Shown here: positions 1 to 12,494 of the stretch, in pieces
Position numbering within the stretch: the first letter of the stretch is position 1
Layout of the letters: the number at the start of each line of letters is the position of its first letter
DNA from: Trichodelitschia bisporula
Taxonomy: Eukaryota
NCBI GenBank assembly: GCA_010356995.1
Contig: ML996705.1
Span: 434,001-498,000, forward strand
Direction of reading: 5' to 3'
Length of the DNA: 64,000 nucleotides
Position numbers and translations under genes: made by a program
Notes under the pieces: generated by a model
Told to the model about the DNA's origin: nothing
What the model saw: only the letters and a program-made list of their open reading frames with translations
The model's database searches: none

Positions 1-193
1 GCGGCCGTGGCGCTAGGATGTGCCGCCGAACGCACCATCCCTTCCCCGCGATGTCTTCACGCGGGCGTGCCAAGTTAATGAAATGGATGGCTGGCCCTCA
101 GTACGGCCGGCAGGCCGACTGGGTGGTAGAAAAGCCTGTTGGCCGCCGTGCGAGTGGCAGCGTTTCGCTGCTCCTTGACGACTGACTCCCACG

Positions 194-1717
194 ATGCGGC
201 TGCACGCGCTTCTTGTGGCTTCCTTTGTGGCGGTTGTCTCTGCAGCAGCAGTGGGCGTGCCGAAGGATCGCAAGTTCTCCGATGCTGAGGTCTTGAAGTT
301 GCTGCTTGACAACCCTCGGTTTCTTCCACGGTCCAGTAAGCCTCTGTTCGTTCTCCTTAATCCAATGCTGACATGTAGAGGCTACCAGCTCCTCAGGTCA
401 CATGTCGATGGACATCTCAGTAAGAGGCAGACGATGTTCTCACCCGGGAACATCGTCGCCGCGTTGGGCACGCTAGAAGCGATGTGGTCGGGACCAAGAG
501 ATAACATGCCCGTGAGCAAGAAGGCCGAAGTCCAGGAGGAGAAGAGTGAATGGCCTGGCGCTGTGAAGAGGAAGGTCCGATATGGACCTATCCGGTTACC
601 TCCCACATCTGTAGGCTCTTCAGGCTGATTATTTCTGACCCCAGCTCATCGAGGCAGGAACCCAACCTTGAGTCCATGATCATGAAGGTCCAAGGTATGG
701 GCTACGGATTCAAGATGAATGCACGCAAGCCGTGCGATGACGACTGCACGATCCTTGCGCTGCAGGCGACGCTCGAGTTTGCCGACGGATCACCGGCTGA
801 GAATGACAAAGGGGTATGATCATCAAGTCCCGTGCCTTATGCCCTGTCTTATGCTTCATAGGCTTGGTTCCATCACTCGACGCTCATCTCCGCCGGTCCC
901 AATGCTCGAACCATCACATGCGGTTGGCCGGTCCCTGTGGAGAACCTCTTCATGTCCGGCAACGAGAAGTCCAGCGTGATCTTCTCCCTCCCTGCCAACG
1001 AAACCGGTGTGCGATCCGGATACCACATCGGACCCTATGAAACCTTCGTATTGCACGCCAAGCTCATGAACCTAGAAGACGCGGAAAAGTTTGTCTGGAT
1101 CACCATCTCCTATGACGTGCTTCCCGGAGACCTAAAGAAGGAAATCAAGGTCGGTCGCATGCTGTGGCAGTCGCTCGACACAAGTGATACGAGCATGTGC
1201 ACCGGCGCCGTTAACCCGTTTGGCCCGCTGAACGTCACGGCTATGATGCAGCCCATCCGCCGTCGGTTTTCGGAGCACACCATTCCCTGGACCGCGCCTA
1301 ACGATGGGACTATCCTGCTGACTGGCGGCCATATGCATGATGGCGGGATCAGCGTTGACACTGTCCACAACGGCCAGACGATTTGCGAGAGCGTGGCGCA
1401 GTACGGACGACGGGCGGGGAATGCTGGGTCTGAGGGACCGGGACACGGCGGCCATTCGAGGAGACAGATTCCTGCGGGCGATTACAACAACATGGATATT
1501 GATCACATCCTGGAACAAACCCGGTGCATCTATTCGAAGGGGCGGAGCTTGAAGAAGGGCGATAAGCTGTGGATTCGGGCGAACTATGACTTTGACAAAC
1601 ACCCTGGGTACGTTAGCATGGCGGATTGATCATCAAACTGACAAGCGCAGGATGAAAAATCAGAAGGGCGAGCTTGATGAGATCATGGGCATTGTTGGGA
1701 CCCTGATTGCTACGTGA
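194..1717 (+). CDS. Secreted PHM/PNGase-F-fold (copper type II monooxygenase-like / SURNod19-like) protein, multi-exon
   Basis: Signal peptide MRLHALLVASFVAVVSAAA and a KR-Q Kex2-like site. GT-AG introns 611-657, 814-861 and 1608-1650 (plus a possible in-frame intron 331-378) join ORF pieces into one frame. Motifs AWFHH, GGHMHDGG and DEIMGI; stop TGA 1715-1717. Confidence 0.8.
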
Positions 1718-2768
1718 GGGCTTTGCTGTCTCGTTTGCTTTGTCAGTCCGGTAGCCTGTTGACAAAAGCAATATCAGTTCTACTCGTCTTCCTTGTCTTG
1801 ATCCTATTAGGTATATACTTTCGCTTTCAGATCTTCTTCCGGAGTTCCTTGACCTGCATACTGTTAGCCTGAACTCCGGAGGTGGCTGCCTTAGCTGTTA
1901 TACTGGACCGGACGAACGACCTCATTGCTCACTGCGATGCCTCCGGCACAGCCGATGATTGATGGACCTGGCAAGCCTATATCGAAGGGACTAGGACTAC
2001 AAGCCGGATGGGGACTCGGCTTGTCTCTCTTGAAGGTGGCCACTACTCGCTTCGCCGAAATACTTCGGCTTCTGAGCTGGAGGTAACAGGACCGTCCTTT
2101 TTGCGGCCTTCCGCCCCGTCGCAATTTGCTTCCCAGCCCGAGTGGAAATGGCGTCCCGGTCCAGGATATCATACGGCATGTGTTCAAGTGGTAAGAGGAT
2201 GCGTACCTCATTGTTTCTTATTCCGTTGTTTTGACCTCCACCACCGAGCTCGCCTTGCCTGAACCCTCCATAGACCTGGTTGCTTGCTATCCGGAACTTG
2301 GCCCGGGGTCTGGCTTGTTAGCATCTCTTTTGAATTGGATCACGAGGCATGCTGGCAACAAGCGACACATTTCTGCTATGCATCGACTAGTTCTAAGGTA
2401 CATCATCAAGCCTTTTTCCATCTCAGCCCCTTACCCGCAAGTCTTCTCGAATTATTGCAGCCAGGGAGATCGAAAGAGGACAAGTGGATGTAAACACGCC
2501 GAGGAAAGGAGGTAACACTAAAGAGAATCTAGTCCCTACGGTGACCGATACGAGCATGTCAACGGTTCAAGGCGAATCTAACCTTTCGTTCTCGGCAAGT
2601 GTTATCCACAGCGACAGTGGGTTCGAATTTTGGGATATCGAAGGGAGGCATCAAAATGGCGGTGATTGGCCATGAAGCTCAAGGGGGGTATTAGGCTGGC
2701 GGTGATTGACAGAGAGGCTGATTCGAAAGATCGTGATGGTGACAATTGGCGGAGAGGCTGTGTGTCGT

Positions 2769-3893
2769 TCACTGTCTTTTCGCACACTCTTTGGTGCCAC
2801 TGCGGCGCGACCGCTTCCCATCCGAACCATCAGCACCGTCGTCTTGTGGACGCTCGCGTTTCAGACCGCCGCCCTCAGCGTTGCGCGCACGCTTTTGCGC
2901 CCCGTCGGAGCCCTTGTCGTCAGCGCCATTTTCTTCATCGACGGTCTCACGGCCGCTGGAGACTGGGACCGGACGCGCGGTTGGGTTTCCGGTCACTGGA
3001 GTGGGGACAGGCGCGTTGTTGGCACGGCTGTTAGATCCACCCGCCTGAGCAGACATGTTCCCGTTCTGGATTGCCGCCCGCAGTGGATTCGAGACAGGCG
3101 CGTTGTTGGCGAGCCTGTCAGATCTAGCCGCCTGAGTATACATGTCCCTGTTCTGGATTGCCGCCAGCAGTGTATTCGAGACAAGCGCGTTGTTGGCGAG
3201 TCTGTTAGATCTACCCGCCTGAGTAGACATGTTCCTGTTCTAGATTTCCGCCCCCTACGGATTCGAGACTGGGTTAGTGCGCTGGCCAGCACGGCTCCGA
3301 AGATGACGCTGTCTCATCCGATACATTGTCGACTGCACGACGCGGGTGGCTGCCGTTTGAACCGCCTCTCGATGGAGGGCCTCATCGACCGTCTCCGGCA
3401 GGTCCAGCCCGCCAGTCGTTTGGTGACCCTTGGCGTTGCGCTTGGGAGACGACTCTGAGCCGAAGTTGCCCATGGCCAGCGGGTCCGCGTTCACGCTGCC
3501 GTCGTTTGCTGAGATGGTGAGTGTGTGTCCGTTAAGAAGAAAATGGCTTACGCTTTGGACGCGACCGTTGCTCTCTCTTGGTGGATAGCAAGGAGCTTCA
3601 ACACACTGATTTGCTTTAGAGAGTTAGTGGAGGTATCCTTTAAAGGGAAGTTTGACCTACTTTGCAGGTATCTCTGAGAGGTGTAAATGAACCCCGTAAC
3701 TGCTTGTATTCCTAGTGCAGATTCCTCGTTTCGAGAAGACGTGCGCGTGCGATTCGGTCCTAGGACGATGGAAACTGTTGTCGGGATACTCCAGTTCTGA
3801 CACGCAGACGAGGTGATGAGGAGAAGAGGAGGAGGAGGAGGATGGCAATGCTGGTAAACATTCAGTTCCAGTATCCAGTGCCAAGAGCTTCAC
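2769..3893 (-). pseudogene. Probable degenerate multi-exon hypothetical gene with 29-aa repeats
   Basis: ORFs 3255..3494 and 2769..3230 are in the same frame, separated by a TAG at 3255-3257. Minus-strand intron signals occur near 3509-3551 and 3606-3660. No recognisable domain. Confidence 0.3.
3006..3270. repeat. 87-bp tandem repeat, 3 copies
   Basis: The unit GACAGGCGCGTTGTTGGC...GGATTCGA starts at 3006, 3093 and 3180. Confidence 0.9.
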
Positions 3894-5258
3894 TCTTCTG
3901 TCGAACAGCCTCCTTAGCTTTCGTGGTTGCCGAAAGAGGAAAGCACGTCGGCGAGGCTGGCCTTGGCGGCCAATGAGCTGCGCCCATCACCACGGCTCCC
4001 AGTTGGGTGGTCACGGCGCTCCTTCCTGCTTCTGCACCGGCCCTCGTCTTCTAACGGTCGACTGGCGCGGAGTGTGCTGAAGCTTCAACGGAGCGTAGCG
4101 GGCCGAGTGCGCTGGCCGTGATTACCCCTTGGTGTTTTTGACGCGGCGGCTCTAGGTGACCGTTTGTCTCTATGAGGTAAGTCAGAGATGTCGCGACTCT
4201 AACGACATGGAACCGACCGGCCCCTCCCAATGTCGAAGGCAAACTCAGACCGGTCAGCTGGCAGCGTAACCACTTGGACCGTTTTGGCCCAAAAATGAAT
4301 ATCCACCTCGAATGCCTTAGACGCACATCTGAGGCATTCAAAGTGGGTATTTATTTTCAGGCCTAAACGGTCCAAGTGGCCACACTGGTCAACCGTTCGG
4401 CTACTAGGTCGTGTGAAAGCCATCCTATGTGCGAGTCGACCGCAAGACTCAAAGTTCAGAACTTGCTGAGGGAAGTCGTCCGCCCAATCTATGGAAGTAA
4501 GGTAAACCATCTTTCATGCTGTTGGATTTTGACATACCCAGTAGCGCATAGATGCTACGGTTTCCAGGGGCCTTTATATGTAAAGTGAAGTATATTAGGT
4601 CTTCATGTTTATAGCGTCGGTTTGTAGTCAATCGGACGCCCAAACCGAATACTCCTACTGCAATGCTGCGTGTACCAATTGCTAGAGTCAGAAGGTGTCC
4701 AGTAAGTGTGCTTGACACCGGCACTCGATTCACGAGGATGCCCCATTCCAAGTCAAAGCATAGGAAAAGATCATGAGATTCAAAGGCATCAAACGGCACC
4801 AACGCTGTGTACCAACTTCGCCTTACTCCCAAGCCTTCCACTAGGAATCCCCAGTCATTCTCATTGTCCGCTCTACGAGACGGCTCTACGAGGCGGTTCT
4901 GAGCGAGTACACAGCGCGCGATTTGCGGAAATAACATACTTCAGCCAGATTTAACCACCTCCACCATGTGATATTGCGGCTCTAAACTCTTACAGCAGAG
5001 CGTGGGCGAACGACGTTGGTCACGTCGGAGGGCCGGGCCTGTGCGTCCGGGGGTGCGCGTGGCTGTCGCGGGACGGGCCGCTAGGCTGAAGCTAGCCAAG
5101 ATCACTGTGGGTCTAGGTACGTACCTCACTACGTCCGCCCGTACCTCACTACCCACGCCCGTTTACCTCACTACGTACACACGTACAGTAATATAAGATT
5201 CAGCTCCACACCTCTTTACCTCTTTTGCTACCGTTTCCCTAGACCTCGCACGTTCACA

Positions 5259-6167
5259 ATGGGAAACGTTCAGAATCTCCTCCCCGCTGGCTTACCGATA
5301 CAATCCTTCCAAATAGTCTCAGATCTCCATCTCGAAGTCGGACAGGAGCATTCCACCTTCTACATCCCGCCCTTAGCCCCCTACCTCATCCTCAGACTTT
5401 TTTTAATCTAGTTTATAAAAAAAAAAAAAAAATGTAAAATTAGAACGGAAAATAAATTTAATCAAATCAAAAAATATATATTAAATCAAGGTGACGTGGG
5501 CCGCTTGATCGACTACGATACCTATCTCGCCTTTCTGGCTCGCCAGGTATCCCCCTTGGAACGCATCTTTCTCGTTCTGGGCAACCATGAGTTCTACGGC
5601 CTGTCATTCACAGAAGCAATCCGCGAAGCTCGTAGTCAGGAAGCCGAACCGGTCCTCGCAGGGCGCCTGGTGCTACTGGACCAGATGCGGTTCGATATCC
5701 CGGGCACCAATGTGACGATTCTGGGCTGCACTCTGTGGACGAAAATTGCAGACCACGCGCGCGATGCTGTAGGCAGGAGGGTGCCGGATTTCCGCTACGT
5801 CAAGAGATGGACGATCGACACGCATAACGCAGCGCACAAGGCCGATGTTGTCTGGTTGAGGGATCAGATTGCGAGCATACGTGCTCAAGACGCAGAACGG
5901 CGGATCCTGATCGCCACTCACCATGCACCTTGTGTGCAGGGAACTTTGCATCCGCGACTTGATAACAGTCCCTCGGATTCTGGCTTTGCGACGGATCTTC
6001 TCCGCGAAGGCTCCTGGTGTGGTGCTGACGTATGGGTCTTTGGACACACGCATTATTCGGGGGATTTTGAGCACTTTGGGGTAAGTGTTGTCAGTAACCG
6101 GCGGTGATATGTGGCAATGGGCGAAAAAACGGGCTTTGATATCACGAAGGTGGTTCGAGCTGGTTGA
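5259..6167 (+). pseudogene. Calcineurin-like metallophosphoesterase (Ser/Thr phosphatase superfamily) pseudogene
   Basis: Motifs SDLHLE, (A)GDVG, GNHEFY, THHAP and FGHTH. A 96-bp AT-rich insert (5394-5489) carries an in-frame TAG. A second premature TGA at 6105-6107 falls in the SN(Q)RGY motif, with the natural-looking GFDITKVV tail following to TGA 6165-6167. Confidence 0.85.
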
Positions 6168-7833
6168 TGTCAGGTATATATGTGCGACTTCCTCTGAATA
6201 CTTGAAGGCCGGCTAAGTAATATATTAATACAGAATAGACGTGGTTCTTGAGAAAGCAAGAGTATATATGCATCGTATCTTGGATGGCTTAAGAAGCTTT
6301 CAAGAGGCACGAAAGTTCGCACTGCCAGATATCGGAGCTCCATCTTAGATCTTCCACTAACCATTCCGGTGCTTCTGCGGCCAAGGATGTTCGTCTTTGT
6401 CGTTCAACTTCTCAACCTCCCTCCGCTCCGCTTCCTTGATGGCCTCCTCCATCGGCTCCGCTTCCTTCATAGTCTTCTCCCTCCTCCACCCCGCTTTCCA
6501 GATGGCTTTCTGCCTGTCGACCTCCACCACAACCTACACCATATCGATAACGTTGGGAACGGCCTAATGATCCGATGCCTGCCGGCACCGCACTTGTCTC
6601 TGCTCCGAGAGCCCATACCATGCGCGACACAAATTCGTCAACGCAACGAAACACCTTAATGCCCTTCCATATCACCCAGCCGACAACTTGCTCAACTCCG
6701 TGGGGTTGGTCGATACTCCCGTCGGCCTATTTCGCTGAGGCAATCGACCAGAGCTCCATGTCTGAGCCACCACGGCTAGTCTACGAAGTACTTATATCCC
6801 TCGCGGACAGAAAGCCACCCACACAGCTCTCTCATTTATCCATCCAGCTTCTCTTATTTGCTATACACATGTTCCGCTTCCGCTTCTGTCCCGGAGAGCT
6901 CTCCTCCGTTCCCAGGGCTATGATGACAAAGACAAAGAGGTGGGCTGAAAACACCTCTATGCCCTCAGCATACCCGCTAGCCCGCTTCGAAGCCTTTCTT
7001 ATCGGGCCGCCAGTCTCAACTGTGGTTAGGAGTACGGTACGTGCCCTCGATGTCGGCAGACTGGCCGGCAATGCCCATCCAGCCCCTCCTCAACGCTTGG
7101 GCCGGGTCCATCGCCGCAACCGCAGAATCCGACCTACTATCCCTGCTAGAGTCAATATATCAAATTAGAAGCCCTCATTGCCGTTCCCCAACGTCCCAGA
7201 ACACTCAATTGAACCAGCGGCTGAACCGCCTCCCAGAACCACTTCCGCATTGCACGCGAACCTTGATCTGATCTGCCACAGCAGCAAAGAACCAGAAAGT
7301 CGAAGCATTCCAAAGCGCTCACCCACATCTCGTATTCAACAGCTTTCTAATCCATGCCATCGTAGAGTGGGGTTTGAATCCTTCCTCGGCGCACTAGGTA
7401 AGTGGCTCAGCCCATCCTGTTTCAACATAAGTTGCCAAGAGATATATACAAGACCCAGGATCCTCACACCCTCACATGGTAGCAACGGACCAGGAAACGG
7501 CCTGTAAGAACTTGGGGGCCGAGTCCTGGTCGTCCTATAGCCGTTGTACGTTGGCAAAGCAACCCCCGGACTTTCCTGCCCGTCTGCAGATCGAAGGATT
7601 AGGGTGTGAACTGACCTGGCTGCGGCGAGGGGCCGTCCGAATCAAGAAGGACTGGACTGTATAAAGTCTACACCCGGGAGCTAGTCCCCTTATCAGCAAG
7701 ATTCATCTTATACCTCGTGCTCCTTCCGGTCACTCGCTCTTGGCTTCCTCAGCCGAACAACCCTCTCGCTCCAACCTCACGCCTCCTCCGCAGCCAAACC
7801 CCACACTCGCTTCCCACCCAGCCTTAACCGACC

Positions 7834-8485
7834 ATGGCACCAACCCTCCACATCCGCGACAGCGGCAAATTCGAGCTCCTCGACGACTCCGCCTCAGTCG
7901 TCTATACCATCCGCCTCAAGAAGCGCATCATCTACCCGCTATGGACCCTGCGCACCGCCCTTTTCGGCACCCTCCTCGTCAACTTCTGCACCGGCTTCAT
8001 GTACCTCAGCAAAGACTCCCACAGGACGAAAACCATTGTTATGTAAGAAGCAATGCGCCTTCCCAATCCCCCATCTAACATTACCAAGGGGCGTATTCGG
8101 CACCCTCTTACTCGCAGGCTGCCTCCTGCCGCAACTCTTCATGTTCTACAGTTTCTACCGCAAGCCGGATACGTGGACACCGCTGCACTCGCTGAAATTC
8201 GAAGCCGCGCAGGTAGTCCTCTGGACGCCCTTCTTCATCATGTTATGCGTGCTCTACGGGCTGCGGTATGAAGTCTTCGGCGACGCTATCTTTTCCACGG
8301 TTGTCTAGTGAGTGCCTTCTGCATCCCCCTGCGGAACCCTAGCTTACCTTCTTAGTCTTACTACTTGGGGCCTGGTGGCGTACTCAACGGTCCTGCATTT
8401 CAAGAGCAAGAAGCAGATGGGGCGCGGGGGTGGGAACCGGAAGAGCACGGCCACGAAGCTGGATGCCATGCCCGCGCAAGCGTGA
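7834..8485 (+). CDS. Small multi-pass membrane protein (about 4 TM), 3 exons
   Basis: ATG 7834 follows a pyrimidine-rich leader. Introns ~8043-8088 and 8308-8355 give a continuous frame with four hydrophobic segments, ending ...AMPAQA* at 8485. Confidence 0.7.
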
Positions 8486-9074
8486 TAGCAATGCGAGCAG
8501 TGCTTGAATGACCTTGTGGCTAGGCATGGATCTTTAGGGTTGGGCAAGAGGTGGGAAGGGTTTGACGCGGAGTATGATTAATGACATCTGATACCAAGCT
8601 ATATGCGAATACAATTCCTCGGGCAAACTATTCTCACTGGCGCAGACTGGATAAATGATGAGCATTGCATCAAGAGTTTGAACTGTAGATGCACAATACA
8701 GCAAGGAATTGAACGCCAGTGCGCCGGCGAGAACTAGAACCCGAGAGACGTTCCCGCCGACCGTGATTACCAAACCCGCGCCTACCCAAGGCCACTTCGT
8801 ACACAATCAGCCATGTCATCACCGAGGCAGCAGTCATCCGCCATCGGCAACTGCGGCGGACCGTTCCCGTGGTCGTCAATCTTTCTCTCCTCACAAAACG
8901 TCCCCATTACATTCCGTACAGGGAGTCGCTCACCTCGGGCCTCCCACACCTTCCTACCTAACGGCAACACCTTCCCAACCTCCGCAGTCCATCCTCATCA
9001 GCCGCCCGTCCCCGCAGGAGGGTATAAATACCACCCTCCCTCCTATCTCCTCCTTTCCTTTCCTCATACTTACT

Positions 9075-9526
9075 ATGTCAGAGCTCGCCACGCTCAAGAA
9101 GGCGGCAGCTTGCCACGGATCTCCTGCATTGCACAGCGTGGAGAGGTCCTGGTATGAGGTCTCCTTCGGGGATCTCTCTGGCTTAATTTTTGATGGTCTG
9201 CGCTGCAGTTGCTGCTTCTTTTCGTTGATGGCTTCGCCTTGGGCGGGACGTTAAGGAAGAGATTGTGCTGGAGTGATGCGCGGCTGATGATGGTGGATGG
9301 CTGTTTCGTCAATAGCGGTCGTGCTAGAACTAGTTGCTTACTCATTGTTGTTAGGCATGAGCAGGTCTGGCAGCAACGACCCGGTGAGTCCCTTCCTGTG
9401 CCGAGTGTCCCATCGCAATTACTAACAGCTCAATGTCCACATGAAATCGGTCCTTCCGCACAACTTGTTGGGCAAGGCGCAAGCAAGGCAGTAGGAATGG
9501 GTATAGTGGCGGGAAGGGCATGGTGA
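9075..9526 (+). CDS. Possible tiny spliced ORF (~67 aa, MSELATLKKAAAC...)
   Basis: TATAAAT near 9023. Two GT-AG introns (GTATGA..TTAG and GTGAGT..CTAACAG) give an open frame. No homology recognised. Confidence 0.25.
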
Positions 9527-9716
9527 GCACTCACACAGACAGAAAGACACAAACGAACTTGAAGCCGAAGATAGCCATCGCGCAACCGACACCTATACCA
9601 ACCCAAGTGCCCATCTAACCTTTTACCTTTCCATACCTAGTTCCCTAATCCACCCATCCTATCCCTGAATCCAAGCGCCCATCCAAGCCCAGTAAAATCC
9701 CAGTATCCATCCACTC

Positions 9717-11164
9717 CTACTCCATAGGCCGCTGCCCATAAACAATGAACCTATCCCGTTAGCCCGTCCTCTCACAGCACTCACCACACTTACCCATCAT
9801 GCTGCATCTGGAACGTCGGATCCTTAAAATCCCTCCTCACCTCCCTCAAAAACTCATTTATCCTCTCCACACTCCATCCCCTCGCCGTCATAGGCCTAAG
9901 CGAAAACGCCTCCAAGTTATCCAGGAACTGGATCAAGTTGATCGTGCCAACCTCTTTGAGCGTGCGGTCCTTAGGCCAGAGGCCCACGGGAAGCGCAATC
10001 TTCTTCACCGACACATTTTGAAAGCCAGCGTCGTTGACCCAGCCTCCCAGCTTCGAACCCGGCTCCGGCTCGAGGCCGAAGTCGATCAGCGCGGCTTTGA
10101 GCTCCTCGGTCCAGCGGTCAACGGCGCAGCCCGGCCGGAAGGCTCCGTGTGTGGTGTAGAATGTCATGGTGAAGTCCATGAACTCGACCCAGGCGCCGGG
10201 TTTGGCGTACCTGCAAGCAGTCATCAGCGCTGGTCCCAACGTGCCTTACAGCAACCGCGCATCGCCCTAGGCACCCAAAAACACGCAAACGGAAGGAGAA
10301 AACGTACTTATACGCCTGACCAACAAACTTAGGCCAGTCCCGAATCGCCCCGCCCAGATATCTTGCATGGACAAAGTCAAACGGCGCCGAAAACCCCCAG
10401 TCCTCGTTCGCATCGTTGATCTCAAACTCCACGTTCGGCGGCACACTACTCATTAGCCACACCCAAGTACACAAACGGGACTCCACTTACAACGACGGCT
10501 GGACAGCTGCTATATCCGTACCAAGTACCTTCTATATGGGTCAGTCAACGCACAGAAATACTCGGACGGACGAACTGTAGCCGACGGGTACTTCTCCGCT
10601 GCTTCAATCAGCACACACACGGATACCACAGACACACATACCCATATCCATAGCCCAGAGCCCCGTACCTGACCCGTTAGCAACGCTCGCTCAATCGGTG
10701 CGGGCGAGCTCACCTGTCCCTACGTCCAGAATGCGGTGCGGATCCGGCCCAATGGGCGCGAGATGCAGCTCGCCATGCATGAGGAGCGAGAACATGTGTG
10801 CACATAGATCGAGGCGGTTAGACTCGTCCTAGGGATATCAGAGGGGGTAAGGAGTGGTGAAGGAGCCCGCACCTCGTCTGCCGGGATGAAGTACTTTGAC
10901 TGGCCGGCGCCGCCATAGCGCCGCCCGTTTTCGTACTCGTAGTTGAGGACACTGGACTTGAGGGATGTGGTGAGGCTCATGCTGCAGGGGTTAGATACCG
11001 GCTGTGAGGCGTAAGAGTGGAAGCATACCCATCGTCGCCGAAGGCGCTGTCGAAATCGCTTGACGTCCGCTGCGCGCATCAGCCTAGAACTAGTCCCCAG
11101 CGCTCACGCAACGCACCTCCGCATCCTGCGGCTCTATGTCGGTTGGGCTGTCGTAGTCCGCCAT
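9717..11164 (-). CDS. LaeA-like class I SAM-dependent methyltransferase, many introns
   Basis: Pieces MADYDSPTDIEPQD, SLKSSVLNYEYENGRRY, LHLAPIG..RILDVGTGTGLWAMDM, VPPNVEFEINDA, FDFVHARYL, KPGAWVEF and FIVYGQRPME* are typical of fungal LaeA-like/TAM methyltransferases. Confidence 0.9.
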
Positions 11165-12494
11165 ATTACTGATCCAGACAACCAGAAAAAAACGAGATAA
11201 CTCACCCGATGTCAAAAACCCGGACCCCACCTCCATATAAACCCTCGCAGCCAGCATCCTTCCACGGGAATCACCAGCGGCCTCGCTAGCCCGCCCGTAA
11301 CCTGGCCACGCTAACTTCTGCGCGCGCCGTCGCATGGCTGGGCTAGGTGCAGCGGAACAGCGGGTAGTACAAGCCTGCAAAAAACGTCAAAGGCACGCGA
11401 GAAGCTGATTAGCGGGCGCCTCCCTGTCCTTACCCCACAATTGGCCAGCGGGAGCGGACATCGGCTAGCACACTAGGAAAGCAGGCATCGGCTAGAACGT
11501 TTGAGGAGCTGGGGGATTCTAGCCGCAGGAGGACTGCATAGATAGCATACCAATGCGCAACGACGTACGTAACACCGGGGAACGCCGTGAGGGATACGGG
11601 TGGGCGGGCTGGCGGATGGAAGGTGTCGAAGGCGAGGAGCAGGTTCCGTGTGCTGGCGCAGTTGGGTCCAGTCTGCGCGTGAAGCCCACTGCCGGGCTCC
11701 ATCCGTTCGGGCTTCGTGCTACTCGACGCCGTGCTCCGCGAGCTAACCACTCGATCTGCTCAGTTGTGCGCGCTACCCCTCTCCCCGTGCCGATCGTCGC
11801 ACGGCGTTGCGCACAAAACGGGCCGGGCCGCGCGATCGCTCGTTCGCAACGACGTACTCTAGCACGTTGCACAGTGCAACGGCGCGCATTCGGCACGCTA
11901 ACAACGCGGGGTCGTAAATACGCGACCGAAGGTACCTTCTTCGTCAGCGGCCGTCATCGCAGTCCGGCTTCCCCGCCCTCCCTCCCTCAACCACACCCCC
12001 GGCCTCACCTCCGCCGAAAATCGCTCGGCCCGGCGGTGAAGCCGTCCGCTCGGTACGGTGTCTCGCCATCGTTGCGCTGCCCCACCCTCCATCACCATCC
12101 CCTCCCTGACGACCTGACGATGCAAGCTCGCTACCGGGCCCGTGTCTTCGGGCGCCTCGGCCCCCACGCTGGGTTTCTAGACTCCGTCTATGCGGCCGAA
12201 TCACATTTCGCTGCGACGGTTGCTGCTTTCGGTCGATGGTGCATTGCCGACCGTTGGGGTGGGCTCCGGAGAAAGGCTTGCTGTGATAGCGCGGCGTAGC
12301 AGTTGTCTGGGACTCGAAGGTAAGGTGTGCTGGAGACGCGATGTGATAGGTGTGGAGGGGTGCTCCGGAGGAGAGATTCTTGTCCTTTACCGGTACCGCT
12401 CTCAGGTAATCTGGATGTTGGGTAGAAAGTGTCGCTGACCGATCAATTCCGAGACCATCTGAAGCCGAGCCTCAAAGCAACGGAGCGGGTCAGA

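Noticed and set aside
6105..6107. In-frame TGA as selenocysteine or readthrough
   Set aside because: The position corresponds to a Gly, and the gene already has an upstream disrupting insert.
6360..7560. Possible minus-strand gene with a charged C-terminus
   Set aside because: Multiple stops and no recognisable domain, so I cannot support a model.
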